From Deltaproteobacteria bacterium (GTDB lineage Bacteria; Myxococcota_A; Polyangia; Polyangiales; Houyiibacteriaceae), in contig SHLP01000006.1 of NCBI GenBank assembly GCA_004283055.1, positions 5,131-69,130 on the forward strand: 64,000 nt of DNA, written 5' to 3'. Each line of letters begins with the position of its first letter. Position 1 is the first letter of the stretch. A model generated the notes under the pieces. It was not told the origin of the DNA. It saw only the letters and a program-made list of their open reading frames with translations, and did no database searches. Below, piece by piece: positions 1 to 9,515 of this stretch. Made by a program: the position numbers and the translations under genes.

Positions 1-701
1 CCCGCGCCGTGTATGGGTTCTGGCCGGCAAACCGGGACGGAGACGACATCATCGTTTGGGACGACGAGGAGCGGACCCAACAGAAGCTTCGGTTCCACAT
101 GCTGCGGCAACAAGGGGTGAAGCCCAATGAGCAACCGTACCTATCGCTCGCGGACTTCGTGGCTCCGATCGCGTCTGGCGCTGCGGATTATCTCGGTGCC
201 TTTGCGGTCACGACGGGCATCGGCGCCGATGAGCTGGCCGACGAGTTCGAGCTCGCACACGATGACTACAACGCCATCATGGTGAAGGCGCTTGCCGACC
301 GTTTGGCCGAAGCGTTCGCCGAGCTGATGCACGAGCGCGCGCGCCGCGACTGGGGCTACGAGCCCGACGAGGGATTCAGCAGTGAAGAGCTCATTGCCGA
401 GAAGTACCGCGGCATTCGGCCGGCCTTTGGCTATCCCGCTTGCCCGGACCACACGGAGAAAACGGCTCTCTGGGAGCTGCTTGGGGCCGACGAGATCGGG
501 ATTTCTCTGACCGAGCACTTTGCGATGTATCCGGCTGCGAGCGTCAGCGGGCTTTATTTAGGACATCCCAAAGCCCGCTACTTCGCGGTGGGCCCCGTCG
601 ATCGCGAGCAGGTCGAGGATTACGCGCGCCGAAAAGAAGTGACTGTCTCCGAAGCGGAGCGCTGGCTTCAACCTAACCTCGGCTATCAGCGAGGGAGTTG
701 A
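1..701 (+). CDS. metH: Cobalamin-dependent methionine synthase, C-terminal reactivation (AdoMet-binding) domain; 5' end lies outside the window
   Basis: The frame is open from the window edge to TGA at 699-701. The translation ([60 protein letters not shown]) matches the conserved MetH C-terminus by eye. Confidence 0.85.
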   Translation, partial: RAVYGFWPANRDGDDIIVWDDEERTQQKLRFHMLRQQGVKPNEQPYLSLADFVAPIASGAADYLGAFAVTTGIGADELADEFELAHDDYNAIMVKALADRLAEAFAELMHERARRDWGYEPDEGFSSEELIAEKYRGIRPAFGYPACPDHTEKTALWELLGADEIGISLTEHFAMYPAASVSGLYLGHPKARYFAVGPVDREQVEDYARRKEVTVSEAERWLQPNLGYQRGS

Positions 702-1969
702 TGCAGCGACCGCGTCTCCGAGACCTGCTGCCGGTCACCGTTCGAACGTTCGACCCAGAAGAGGTCACGACCAGGAGTCACCGGGAAACCGATCCGCGAG
801 GCGTCGGGCTTAGCGCCGAAGATGTCGAAGCCATTTGGGGCGCCGTCGTTCGATTTTACAAGTCGGGCTTGCACCCGGCGATTGCCATCTGCATTCGGCG
901 CAGAGGCGAGATCATTCTCGACCGCGCAATTGGTCACGCCCGCGGAAACAGCCCCCAGGACCCTGAAGGTGCGCCGCTCGTGCAAGCGACGCCGGACACG
1001 CTGTACAACTTCTTCTCGGGCTCGAAGTCCGTTACGGCGATGCTGATTCACCTCTTGCAGCAAGAGGAACAGCTTCACGTCGATGAACCAGTGGCAACGT
1101 TCATTCCGGAGTTTGCGAAACGCCGAAAGCACAGCATCACGATTCGCGACGTTCTCACCCATCGCGCCGGAATCCCGCCGACGCCCGAAGAAGCGATCGA
1201 CCTCGACCTGCTTTCGAGGCCAGAGGAGATCGTTCGGGCCTTTTGCGATCTCGAGCCAACCCACCGACCCGGCAGCGTGCAGGCGTATCAAGCCGTCACG
1301 AGCGGGTACATCTTGGGGGAGATCATTCGACGGGTAACCGGCCAAGAGATACGGGAGTTTTTGACGAAGAAAGTTCGAGAGCCCCTCGGAATGGAGCACT
1401 TCAACTATGGGGTCGCTCCTGAGCTCCTCGACCGTGTTGCGGTCGACGCCTTCACCGGGCCGACGCCAACTTGGCCATACAAGAACCTCGTCCACATCGC
1501 GTTCGGGGCGTCGATGCGTGAGCTCGTCGAGCTCGGCAATGACCCGCGGTTCCGGACCGCGGCCTCCCCAGCTGCCAACGTGATCGCCACCCCTGAAGAG
1601 ATTTCACGCTACTTCGAGACGCTTCTCTGCGGCGGCACGTATCAGGATGTCCGGGTTTTCGATCAGCGCACCGTCGCTCGCGCGGTAGAGCCTCAGGTCA
1701 CAGGGCAGGTCGATAGAGTTTTGATGATGCCGATCCCGCTTTCGATGGGTTTCATGCTTGGCCTGCGAAGCTTTGGGTTCTACGGACCACGTACGGCCAA
1801 CGCTTTTGGACACCTCGGCTTCACGAATGTGCTGGGCTGGGCAGATCCCGATCGAGACATCAGCGTCGCGCTCATGAACACCGGGAAGCCGCTCTTGTCG
1901 GCGCGCATGCTAGCCTGGCTCAACGTCACGCGCGTGATCGGCACACGAATTCCGCGAGACCGGGCATAG
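701..1969 (+). CDS. Serine hydrolase, beta-lactamase/esterase family
   Basis: ORF 698..1969. The ATG at 701 overlaps the metH stop (TGATG). It has an S-x-x-K motif (FSGSKSV) and the overall class C beta-lactamase-like pattern. Confidence 0.7.
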   Translation: MQRPRLRDLLPVTVRTFDPEEVTTRSHRETDPRGVGLSAEDVEAIWGAVVRFYKSGLHPAIAICIRRRGEIILDRAIGHARGNSPQDPEGAPLVQATPDTLYNFFSGSKSVTAMLIHLLQQEEQLHVDEPVATFIPEFAKRRKHSITIRDVLTHRAGIPPTPEEAIDLDLLSRPEEIVRAFCDLEPTHRPGSVQAYQAVTSGYILGEIIRRVTGQEIREFLTKKVREPLGMEHFNYGVAPELLDRVAVDAFTGPTPTWPYKNLVHIAFGASMRELVELGNDPRFRTAASPAANVIATPEEISRYFETLLCGGTYQDVRVFDQRTVARAVEPQVTGQVDRVLMMPIPLSMGFMLGLRSFGFYGPRTANAFGHLGFTNVLGWADPDRDISVALMNTGKPLLSARMLAWLNVTRVIGTRIPRDRA

Positions 1970-2051
1970 GGGCCGAACAACACGAGGCTGCGAGCCGTAT
2001 CCCTGGCGAACACGGCTTTGCCAACGGCTCCCCTATGCTACGCTTCGCCCG

Positions 2052-2927
2052 ATGAAATTCAGTGCGTCCATCGCCATGGCGCCGCCGGAGCAGTACGTGC
2101 CTGTGGCTCGAGAGGCGGAAAGACTCGGCTACCACGCCATCGTCCTCCCAGATTCGATCTTCTTTTCCGAGGAGGTCAGCAAGCCATACCCCTACACTCA
2201 GGACGGCAGTCGAATGTGGGACGGCGAGACACCGTGGATCGAGCCAATCGTCGGTGCGGCCGCGATGGCAGGCGCCACCGAATCGATCTTCTTCTATACG
2301 AGCGTCGTGAAGCTGCCCGTGCGCCATCCGGTTTTGGTAGCGAAGCAAGTCGCTTCTCTTGCGGTGCTTTCGAATAACCGTTTTGGCTTCGGCTGCGGTC
2401 TCGGTTGGTTGCCCGAAGAATTCAAATGGTGCGGCACGGAGTTCGAGACACGCGGAAAGCGCATGAACGAGTGCCTGGACATCCTCCGCCTCATCTGGGG
2501 AGGCGGAATGGTCGAATACCACGGCGAGCACTATGATTTCGGAAAGATTCAGATGAGCCCGGCGCCCAGCAAGCCGATCCCGATCTACATCGGCGGCCAT
2601 AGCAAGCCCGGGCTTCGACGCGCAGCGAAGTACGGCGACGGCTGGTCGTCGGCGATGCTCAAGTCGAAAGAGCTCATCGAGTTAGTGCGCCAGATCGAGG
2701 TCTTTCGAAAGGAGTACGGACGCAGCCATCTGCCGATGGAATATCAGGCGGTCGTTACCGACGTTTGGGACGCGGACGGCTTCAAGCGTCTCGAAGACGC
2801 CGGCGTGACGGACATCATTACCGTGCCATGGCTCATGTACGGGACGCCCATGGTAGGTGGGGACCTACAGGGTCGAATCGATGGCTTGAACCGATTTGCG
2901 GACACCGTGATCGCCAAGATGCAATGA
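2052..2927 (+). CDS. LLM-class (luciferase-like) F420-dependent oxidoreductase
   Basis: 291-aa ORF with a luciferase-like TIM-barrel pattern (LGYHAIVLPDS, RFGFGCGLGWLPEEF, IPIYIGGHS). It lies directly upstream of cofG and is coupled to it by an ATGA overlap. Confidence 0.7.
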   Translation: MKFSASIAMAPPEQYVPVAREAERLGYHAIVLPDSIFFSEEVSKPYPYTQDGSRMWDGETPWIEPIVGAAAMAGATESIFFYTSVVKLPVRHPVLVAKQVASLAVLSNNRFGFGCGLGWLPEEFKWCGTEFETRGKRMNECLDILRLIWGGGMVEYHGEHYDFGKIQMSPAPSKPIPIYIGGHSKPGLRRAAKYGDGWSSAMLKSKELIELVRQIEVFRKEYGRSHLPMEYQAVVTDVWDADGFKRLEDAGVTDIITVPWLMYGTPMVGGDLQGRIDGLNRFADTVIAKMQ

Positions 2928-4066
2928 GCTCGAGGCCTTCGATTCTCGAGAGCGCGCGCGTCGGCCCGGTCACTGAGCCGGCTGCCTATCAGTTGAGCGC
3001 CATGGACACTGGCGCGCTCTGCGAGCTGGCGCGTGAAAGGCGCGATCGCGCGTGGGGCAAGACCTTGACCTACTCGCCCAAGGTGTTTCTGCCGATCACG
3101 AACCTCTGTCGGAACCGCTGCGACTATTGCTCGTTTCGCCGCTCGCCGGGCGATCCCGGTGAATGGACGATGAGCCCGGTGGAGGTTCGCGATTGGCTTC
3201 ATCGCGCACGCGATCGAGGTTGTGTCGAAGCCCTCTTCTGCCTCGGCGACACGCCCGAGACGGGCTTTCGCGATTATCGTGCCTTGCTACGCTCCTGGGG
3301 TCACCAGCAAACCGTCGACTATCTTCGCTGGGCTGCAGAAGAAGCGCTGGCTGCAGGACTACTCCCGCACACCAATGCCGGGATTCTTTCGCGCAAAGAC
3401 ATGATCGCCCTCAAGCCCGTGAACGTTAGCCTCGGCCTGATGCTCGAAAACGTGAGCGAGCGTTTGTGTGAGAAGGGCATGCCGCACCATCGAGCGCCCG
3501 ACAAGCGTCCGGCCAAGCGCATCGAGATGACGCGACAAGCCGGCGAGCTTCGGATTCCCTTCACCTCGGGCATCTTGGTCGGAATCGGAGAGACGCTCGA
3601 AGAGCGAGTGGACACCATCCTGGCGATTCGGCGTCTTCATCGCGCGTACGGGCATATCGGCGAGGTCATCGTTCAGAACTTTCGCTCGCATCCCGAGACA
3701 CCGATGGGGCACAGCCGTGAACCCAGCGCCGATGGGCTCGCTGCCACCGTTGCGTTGACGCGACTCATCCTGGACGACGAGGTCAGCGTTCAGGCGCCCC
3801 CCAACCTCAACCCGGCGTCGACCGCCACTCTGATTCATGCGGGAATCAACGATTTCGGCGGCATTTCCCCGGTGAGCCCAGACTACATCAACCCGCAGCA
3901 TCCCTGGCCGTACCTCGAACGACTTCGCGAGGCTTGCGCGGCTGAAGGGTTTAGACTCGAACCTCGCTTGCCGGTATATCCTCAGCACCTCGAAGCGCAC
4001 GGCTTCGTCGACTCCTCTCTTCGCCCGAGCATCGATCGGCTTCAGATGGAGCTTGCCACGCCATGA
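2924..4066 (+). CDS. cofG: FO synthase subunit 1 (7,8-didemethyl-8-hydroxy-5-deazariboflavin synthase, radical SAM)
   Basis: The internal ATG at 2924 overlaps the upstream stop (ATGA), so the longer 2765 start was rejected. Radical-SAM CxxxCxxC motif CRNRCDYCSF. Confidence 0.85.
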   Translation: MSSRPSILESARVGPVTEPAAYQLSAMDTGALCELARERRDRAWGKTLTYSPKVFLPITNLCRNRCDYCSFRRSPGDPGEWTMSPVEVRDWLHRARDRGCVEALFCLGDTPETGFRDYRALLRSWGHQQTVDYLRWAAEEALAAGLLPHTNAGILSRKDMIALKPVNVSLGLMLENVSERLCEKGMPHHRAPDKRPAKRIEMTRQAGELRIPFTSGILVGIGETLEERVDTILAIRRLHRAYGHIGEVIVQNFRSHPETPMGHSREPSADGLAATVALTRLILDDEVSVQAPPNLNPASTATLIHAGINDFGGISPVSPDYINPQHPWPYLERLREACAAEGFRLEPRLPVYPQHLEAHGFVDSSLRPSIDRLQMELATP

Positions 4067-5328
4067 CAACCGCCCTCGAAACCTGTCTCCAGGGCGTCAC
4101 GGCCGAGATTCGCGCGATCCTCGAGCAAAGCCTCGACGGCGATGAGCTCAGCATCGAGCACGGCGTGAAGCTCAGCGGTGCACGGGGCAGCGATCTACAG
4201 GCCCTGTGCATGGTTGCCGACGAGCTCCGACGACAGCAAGTGGGCGACCGAGTCACCTACGTGATCAACCGAAACATCAACTTCACCAACGTCTGCATCA
4301 AGAACTGTAAGTTCTGCGCGTTCGCACGCAGCGTCCGTTCGGAGCAAGGTTACTTCCTTCCCAAGGAAGAGGTCGTACGGCGTGTAGTTCAAGCCTGGGA
4401 GATGGGCGCCACCGAGGTCTGCCTGCAGGCCGGGCTCTCGCCCAACCTCACAGGCGACAGCTACATCGATCTCTGCCGAGTGGTGAAGGATGCCGCGCCG
4501 GAGATTCATATTCATGCCTTCTCGCCCGAGGAGGTGAAATTCGGCGCTTCACTCAAGCGCGTTTCGTACGCGGAGTATTTGACGGAGCTACTCGATGCCG
4601 GCCTAGGGACCCTCCCTGGCACCTCGGCCGAAATCCTGGACGACCGCCTTCGCAAGACGATTTCACCGACGCGAATCACGACGCGCGAATGGCTCGACGT
4701 TGTTACCGCCGCCCATCGCCTGGGCATCCGAACGACATCGACCATGATGTTTGGGCACGTCGAGTCCGTCGAGGACCGCATTCGCCACATGGACCTTCTG
4801 CGAAGAGTGCAGCGAGAGACAAACGGGTTCACCGAGTTCGTTCCGCTCTCGTTCGTCCACGAGGAGGCTCCGCTTTTCGCAGCGAGCCAGGTGCCCGGGG
4901 TTCGTCCGGGGCCCACGGGTGACGAGGTGCTGCGGCTCTACGCAACGGCGCGCCTCATGCTCGGCCGAGACATTCCAAACCTTCAAGCGTCGTGGGTCAA
5001 AGAAGGCCTTCGGACCTCGCAGCTCTTACTCGGCTGCGGGGTGAACGACCTCGGCGGGACATTGATGAATGAAAGCATCTCCACGGCCGCTGGTGCGCGC
5101 CATGGGCAGCTGATGAGCCCGGCGACCTTGCGCAGAGTCATTCGAGACTCAGGGCGGGTGCCGGTGCAGCGCGATACGAGCTACGGTACGATCCGCGAGT
5201 TCGGGGACTCACCCGATGAGGACCCGATTGAGCCCCTCGATTCGATCCGAGATCCGGATGCAGTGTTTGGCTCGTACGATGCGCTGACCATGGACTCGCG
5301 CTTTCACTACGAGCCGCGCTCGGTCTAG
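4063..5328 (+). CDS. cofH: FO synthase subunit 2 (radical SAM)
   Basis: 421-aa ORF with an ATGA overlap to cofG. Radical-SAM motif CIKNCKFCAF. CofH/MqnC-like pattern. Confidence 0.85.
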   Translation: MTTALETCLQGVTAEIRAILEQSLDGDELSIEHGVKLSGARGSDLQALCMVADELRRQQVGDRVTYVINRNINFTNVCIKNCKFCAFARSVRSEQGYFLPKEEVVRRVVQAWEMGATEVCLQAGLSPNLTGDSYIDLCRVVKDAAPEIHIHAFSPEEVKFGASLKRVSYAEYLTELLDAGLGTLPGTSAEILDDRLRKTISPTRITTREWLDVVTAAHRLGIRTTSTMMFGHVESVEDRIRHMDLLRRVQRETNGFTEFVPLSFVHEEAPLFAASQVPGVRPGPTGDEVLRLYATARLMLGRDIPNLQASWVKEGLRTSQLLLGCGVNDLGGTLMNESISTAAGARHGQLMSPATLRRVIRDSGRVPVQRDTSYGTIREFGDSPDEDPIEPLDSIRDPDAVFGSYDALTMDSRFHYEPRSV

Positions 5329-5354
5329 TCCCTGCGGACTCAGGCGCTAGAAAA

Positions 5355-5951
5355 CTAGCGTCGCCGTAGTCGGTCGAGGTCGGACGGCCGGTCGACGTCG
5401 AATCCGATGGTGCTGCTGATCTGAATGCGAACGGTGAGACCGAGTCTGCACGCGCAGGCATGATGTCGGTCGAGGCTGTCCTCGTGTCCGAGGCAGCTTG
5501 GTAAGGCAGTCGCCGGCTTGACGGCGATGACATTGGTGCCTCGCTGCGCGAGGTCGGGCACCAGCACGACGTCGCTTTCCTCGAGTTGGCGCACCACGCG
5601 AGCAACACCGTCTACCGTCAGCTCCGGGAGGTCGCTCATACAGATCAACACGCTCGTCGCGCCGCGATCCTTCAAATCCTCGAGCGCTCCGTCAACGACC
5701 TCGGCCAAGCCTCGGCTTCCTGGGGCATCCGCGAGCGCTAGCGCACCCAGCCCCTCGGCGAGCTCCCGAGCTTGGGCGGAGTCGCTCACCGCGGCGATGG
5801 CGTCGATGTCCGGGGATGCCCGAAGGACCCGCACCACGTGTTCAAACAATCCGCGCGCCAACTCGGCGCGCTCGGCCTGCCCCAGCACTTCCGAGAGCCT
5901 CGACTTGCCTCGGTCGAAACTCTTGATGGGAACTAACGCCCAGCGGCTCAT
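5355..5951 (-). CDS. cofC: 2-phospho-L-lactate (or PEP/3PG) guanylyltransferase
   Basis: 198 aa. It shows the N-terminal [16 protein letters not shown] motif, SDLPEL and a GTN motif typical of CofC/FbiD. It has a 4-nt overlap with cofD. Confidence 0.75.
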   Translation of the reverse strand: MSRWALVPIKSFDRGKSRLSEVLGQAERAELARGLFEHVVRVLRASPDIDAIAAVSDSAQARELAEGLGALALADAPGSRGLAEVVDGALEDLKDRGATSVLICMSDLPELTVDGVARVVRQLEESDVVLVPDLAQRGTNVIAVKPATALPSCLGHEDSLDRHHACACRLGLTVRIQISSTIGFDVDRPSDLDRLRRR

Positions 5952-6883
5952 TTCAGTTTCCGCGCGAACGCGATCAGCTCGCCGGCAAAGCGTACTCGAT
6001 CATCTATGGTTTGAATGTGTACGTTCGTTTCGAGGGTCGGGTAGGGCGCCTCGAAGGAATCTCCCGGGTGAACAGCGTATCCACCGAGCAGGTCTTCGTA
6101 GTGCGCCGCTACGGCCTCGGCCGAAGGCGGGCGCCCGTCGATCTCCGAAATCATCGCGGCGAGCGGGCCCTTGACCGCCTTGCCACCCAGAATCGGGCTC
6201 ACCGCAACCGTCGGCTTGAGCCGAACCGCTTCTTTTATTCCCGTCAAACCCAGGATGGGATCGATCGAAACGTAAGGGTTCGAAGGGCAAATCACGATCA
6301 AATCGGCGAGGTTCAGGGCATCGACAACCGAGCGGGTCGTTTCACCGCTGCCCCCGTGGCGGACGTTGCTCACCGGAAGCGCCGCCCGCTCCTTCACGAG
6401 CCACTCCTGAAACGCGAGCTCCTCGCCGCGCCTAGTGAGGATGGTCGTAGGACATGGCTCATCGCTCATCGGGAGAATCGGCCGCTCGACTCCGAGGGCT
6501 TTGCACAGGGTTGCAGTCGTTTGCGTGAGCGACTTGCCTCCCGACATAGCTTTCGTTCGGAAGAGGTGCGTGACCAGATCGCGGTCGCCGAGTTGAAACC
6601 AGTCGTCGACGCCGCGGCGCCTCGCTTCGCCCAGGACTTCGAATGTGTCGCCGCCGATTCCCCAGCCGCGGTCTTCGGGAGCAAGACCTGCGAGGGTGTA
6701 CATGACCGTATCGAGATCAGGGCTTATGTGGAGGCCCCAATGCTCGAAGTCATCGCCGGTGTTCACAACGGCCGTGAGCGAGCCTGGGGGGAGCACGCGA
6801 TCGAGCCCGTCGATGAGCCTCGCGCCGCCGACGCCTCCGGCCAGCGCGACGACAGACAGACCGTTCTCAGAACCGCCGGTCAT
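5948..6883 (-). CDS. cofD: LPPG:FO 2-phospho-L-lactate transferase
   Basis: The start was moved to the internal ATG at 6883, which forms an ATGA overlap with the cofE stop. N-terminus [13 protein letters not shown]...[26 protein letters not shown]. Confidence 0.85.
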   Translation of the reverse strand: MTGGSENGLSVVALAGGVGGARLIDGLDRVLPPGSLTAVVNTGDDFEHWGLHISPDLDTVMYTLAGLAPEDRGWGIGGDTFEVLGEARRRGVDDWFQLGDRDLVTHLFRTKAMSGGKSLTQTTATLCKALGVERPILPMSDEPCPTTILTRRGEELAFQEWLVKERAALPVSNVRHGGSGETTRSVVDALNLADLIVICPSNPYVSIDPILGLTGIKEAVRLKPTVAVSPILGGKAVKGPLAAMISEIDGRPPSAEAVAAHYEDLLGGYAVHPGDSFEAPYPTLETNVHIQTIDDRVRFAGELIAFARKLK

Positions 6884-7695
6884 GCGTACAAGTCGTTTTC
6901 CGGATCTCGGAGCAAGACTGCCGCGGAATCGTGTGACGCTTTGAAATGCAGCCCGCGAACCAAAGTCACCGGACGCCCCTCGTTGGCTTGCCCCGCGACG
7001 AGATCTGCTGCGGCCGCCACCGAATCTGCGACGGCCGATTCCGTGGCTTGCAGGACGCGACCATGGCGATCGACCGCACCGCGCCGGTCCCATACGGCGG
7101 GCAGCCCCGCAACTCCAAGCGCAAATCCCACGGTTCCCCGTCGAAATGGGCGTCCCCACGAGTCGGTAACGAGGACCGCGACCTCCGAGCCGTAGCGTTC
7201 GCAGAGTTTGCCGCGAAGCGACGCTGCACTCGCATCGGGATCGCGCGGCAAGGTCAGCACCCAGGGGCCGCTTCCCTGTGGCGCGCCCGAGGGCGCCGCG
7301 TTGCTCGAGTCGATACCAGCGTTGGCCGAAATGAAACCGAGACGGTGCCGGACGATCAGAGCGCCGCTGGTCTTCCTGGAGATGCCTACGCTCTCCCGCA
7401 AGATCAGCTCGACGAGGCGCGGGTCCTTCTCGAGCTCCATGCCGAGTTGAACGGCTGTATCGCCCGGAACGATGCTGCCCAAATCAACGAAACAACCTTC
7501 CGCACGCGAGACGATCTTGCTCGCGACGACGAGCACGTCACCGTCGGCAAGATCGATCTCTGCGCGTTCGAGGCTGGAGACGATCACCTCGTAAAGGTCA
7601 TCACCTACCTCGATCGTTGGTACGCCGGCGACGGTGCGAACCCAGAGCTCCGGCCCGACGCGAAGGTCGCCCGAACCCGGGTCGGCGCGGCTCAT
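6880..7695 (-). CDS. cofE: F420-0:gamma-glutamyl ligase, short form without the FbiB-type C-terminal nitroreductase domain
   Basis: The start was moved to the ATG at 7695, which forms an ATGA overlap with the npdG stop. 271 aa. Pattern [10 protein letters not shown]...[16 protein letters not shown]. Confidence 0.85.
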   Translation of the reverse strand: MSRADPGSGDLRVGPELWVRTVAGVPTIEVGDDLYEVIVSSLERAEIDLADGDVLVVASKIVSRAEGCFVDLGSIVPGDTAVQLGMELEKDPRLVELILRESVGISRKTSGALIVRHRLGFISANAGIDSSNAAPSGAPQGSGPWVLTLPRDPDASAASLRGKLCERYGSEVAVLVTDSWGRPFRRGTVGFALGVAGLPAVWDRRGAVDRHGRVLQATESAVADSVAAAADLVAGQANEGRPVTLVRGLHFKASHDSAAVLLRDPENDLYA

Positions 7696-8348
7696 TCGGT
7701 CTCCGGAATGCCCGTAATACGAATCCCCGAGCCCACGCTCTTGTAGCGGCGATTGATGTGCAGGAGCACTGGCGTGATGGACTCGAGGGCGATAGCGTTC
7801 TTCAATACGCCTGCGTCGATGCCACGAAGGCCCAAGTCCGCGACCAGTGAAATCACGATCGCGCGAGCCTCTTTGTCGTTTCCGCAGACCAGCACATCGC
7901 AGTCGAAGGTATGCTCGGGATCGCCGAGGTGTTCGGAGCTTATGTGGTGCAGTGCCGCAACGAGCCGTGCGCCTTCGTTGAGCAAGGCACGGGCTTCCAA
8001 GGCGGCAGCTTGGCCTTCCGGCAAGTTGACGGAACGAACCTTGGGAGGCTGCAGAGGCACTGTGATGTCGACGATGACCTTTTCGCCGACGACATCCTTG
8101 ATCGAGTCGAACGTGGGTCGATGCGCGCTGTACGGCACCGTGACGATGATGAGCTCGGCGTACTCGCACGCTGCGCTGTTGTCGGCACCTTGGATGCTGA
8201 CTCCAAACTCCTCCGAGAACTCAGCGGCCTTTGCCGCTCCCTTTTCCGCTTGGCGCGAGCCGATGAACACGTCGTGCCCTGCCTTGGCCCAGCGAACGGC
8301 CAAGCCACGACCCTCGCGCCCGGTTCCACCTACGATTCCAATCTTCAT
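7692..8348 (-). CDS. npdG: NADPH-dependent F420 reductase
   Basis: The internal ATG at 8348 gives MKIGIVGGTGREGRGLAVRWAKAGHDVFIGSR, a Rossmann N-terminus typical of Fno/NpdG. It lies 7 nt downstream of the LLM gene. Confidence 0.8.
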   Translation of the reverse strand: MKIGIVGGTGREGRGLAVRWAKAGHDVFIGSRQAEKGAAKAAEFSEEFGVSIQGADNSAACEYAELIIVTVPYSAHRPTFDSIKDVVGEKVIVDITVPLQPPKVRSVNLPEGQAAALEARALLNEGARLVAALHHISSEHLGDPEHTFDCDVLVCGNDKEARAIVISLVADLGLRGIDAGVLKNAIALESITPVLLHINRRYKSVGSGIRITGIPETE

Positions 8349-8355
8349 TGCTGCC

Positions 8356-9405
8356 TCACGAGTTGAGCTCAGCCATGAAGCGGAGCGTGTCCATGTCCTG
8401 GGAACCAACCATCAGAGTTCCTACCGGCGAATCCTTCCAGCGCTGAAAGCGATCGCGAATTCGGTCTTTCGAGCCCACGAGGTAGAGCGCGTCGACCAAT
8501 TCGTCGGGGACGGCTGCAATGGCTTCATTGCGCTTGCCGTCGAGGAAAAGCGCCTGGACTTTTTCACAGGCTTCCTCGAAGCCGACGAGGCTTAGGTAGT
8601 CCTTGTAGAAGTTCTTCTTCTTCGACCCCATGCCCCCGATGTAGAGCGCGAGCTGCATCTTGCAAGGCATCATTGCGTGCTCCGGGTCTCCGATGATCAC
8701 CACGACTGTGGGCGCGATGTCGAAGGTGTCCACGCCCTTTCCGTTCCCGGCCTTAGCGAACCCCTCGTTGAAGTTCTTCATTAGAACTTCGGGGCGCTCC
8801 GGGTGCATACAGGTCAGCAAGCAACCATCCGCGATTTCGGCGGACATCGCCTGGGACTTCGGGGCCATCGAGCCCGTGAAGACCGGAATGTCCGCTCTGG
8901 CGCGTATCATGCTGCGAAGCGGCTTGCCCTGACCCGAAGAGCCCGGGCCGTGATACGGAATTTGGTAGCGTATCCCGTCGAACTCGAGCGGAGATTCCCG
9001 CGCGAAGATGTTCTTCACGATGGTGACGTATTCGCGAAGCCAGGTGAGTGACTTGTTGAAGGGCACGCCATGCCAACCTTCTACGACCTGTGGGCCCGAC
9101 GTTCCGAGCCCCATGATGAAGCGCCCGTTCGAGAGGATGTCCATCGTCATTGCCGTCATCGCAGCATTCGCAGGCGAGCGGCCAGGGAGCTGCATGATCG
9201 CGGTGCCCAACTTGATTGTCGACGTCTGAGACCCGACCCAGGCAAGCGGTGTGACCGCGTCGTTGCCCCAGGACTCCGCCGTCCATATCGAGTCGTACCC
9301 AAGCCGTTCGACTTCGGAGATCTTCTCGATGTCTACGAGCCCCTGAACGGTCGTGTTCAACTGAGGGCCCGCATACCCAAGCGTCAGACCAAGCTTCATC
9401 CGCAA
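8356..9405 (-). CDS. LLM-class F420-dependent oxidoreductase; resembles the Rv3520c-type family as I recall it
   Basis: 349 aa. MKLGLTLGYAG...LGYDSIWTAESWGNDAVTPLAWVGSQT...GLGTSGPQVVEGWHG. It is the first gene of the LLM-npdG-cofE-cofD-cofC operon. Confidence 0.7.
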   Translation of the reverse strand: MRMKLGLTLGYAGPQLNTTVQGLVDIEKISEVERLGYDSIWTAESWGNDAVTPLAWVGSQTSTIKLGTAIMQLPGRSPANAAMTAMTMDILSNGRFIMGLGTSGPQVVEGWHGVPFNKSLTWLREYVTIVKNIFARESPLEFDGIRYQIPYHGPGSSGQGKPLRSMIRARADIPVFTGSMAPKSQAMSAEIADGCLLTCMHPERPEVLMKNFNEGFAKAGNGKGVDTFDIAPTVVVIIGDPEHAMMPCKMQLALYIGGMGSKKKNFYKDYLSLVGFEEACEKVQALFLDGKRNEAIAAVPDELVDALYLVGSKDRIRDRFQRWKDSPVGTLMVGSQDMDTLRFMAELNS

Positions 9406-9413
9406 CTCCCACC

Positions 9414-9438
9414 AAAAAAGGGGACAGTCCCCTTTTTG
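9414..9438. other. Perfect palindrome AAAAAAGGGGAC-A-GTCCCCTTTTTG (terminator-like hairpin) in a divergent intergenic region
   Basis: Read directly from the sequence. The GGGGAC/GTCCCC arms are flanked by an A-tract and a T-tract. It lies 8 nt upstream of the LLM start codon at 9405. Confidence 0.6.
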
Positions 9439-9464
9439 AATTCGCGGCCGACCCTACCAGGAAG

Positions 9465-9478
9465 AAGAACGTGTTTCA
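9465..9478. promoter_or_regulatory. KstR-type operator candidate AAGAACGTGTTTCA
   Basis: Fits nnnAACnnGTTnnA. It is intergenic, 60 nt from the LLM start (9405) and 38 nt from the epimerase start (9516). Confidence 0.5.
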
Positions 9479-9515
9479 ATTTGAAGCGGGCGCTGCCGCA
9501 GGTCAGCCTGCCCCC

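Noticed and set aside
721-740. The palindrome TTCGAACGTTCGA contains AAC and GTT.
   Set aside because: It lacks the 2-nt spacer of the KstR consensus and lies inside the serine hydrolase coding region.
1973-2037. An intergenic stretch starting GGGGCCG and ending CGGCTCCCC, with internal CGAACA(A)CACG direct repeats. It could be another small mobile element.
   Set aside because: The termini are short and imperfect and match nothing else in the window.
6884-7159. Long N-terminal extensions proposed by the ORF track for cofD (to 7159), cofE (to 8169), npdG (to 8408), the ACAD gene (to 12740), ilvC (to 59606), ilvB (to 61773), ipdB-like (from 25166), cofG (from 2765) and kshA-like (from 36515).
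   Set aside because: The extensions overlap the upstream gene in another frame and are Arg-rich nonsense. Internal starts give canonical N-termini and ATGA/TGATG coupling or a good SD.
6011-7195. Long ORFs antisense to or out of frame with confident genes. Examples: 6011..7195 (+), 18983..20464 (+), 23850..24863 (-), 25433..26389 (-), 27697..28977 (-), 28745..29791 (-), 35929..36741 (-), 36971..37804 (-), 54660..55520 (+), 55913..56644 (+), 56701..57555 (+), 60295..61740 (+).
   Set aside because: These are typical shadow ORFs of high-GC DNA. Their translations are Arg/Pro/Gly/Ala-rich and have no recognisable family motifs. Each fully overlaps a gene whose product has clear conserved motifs.
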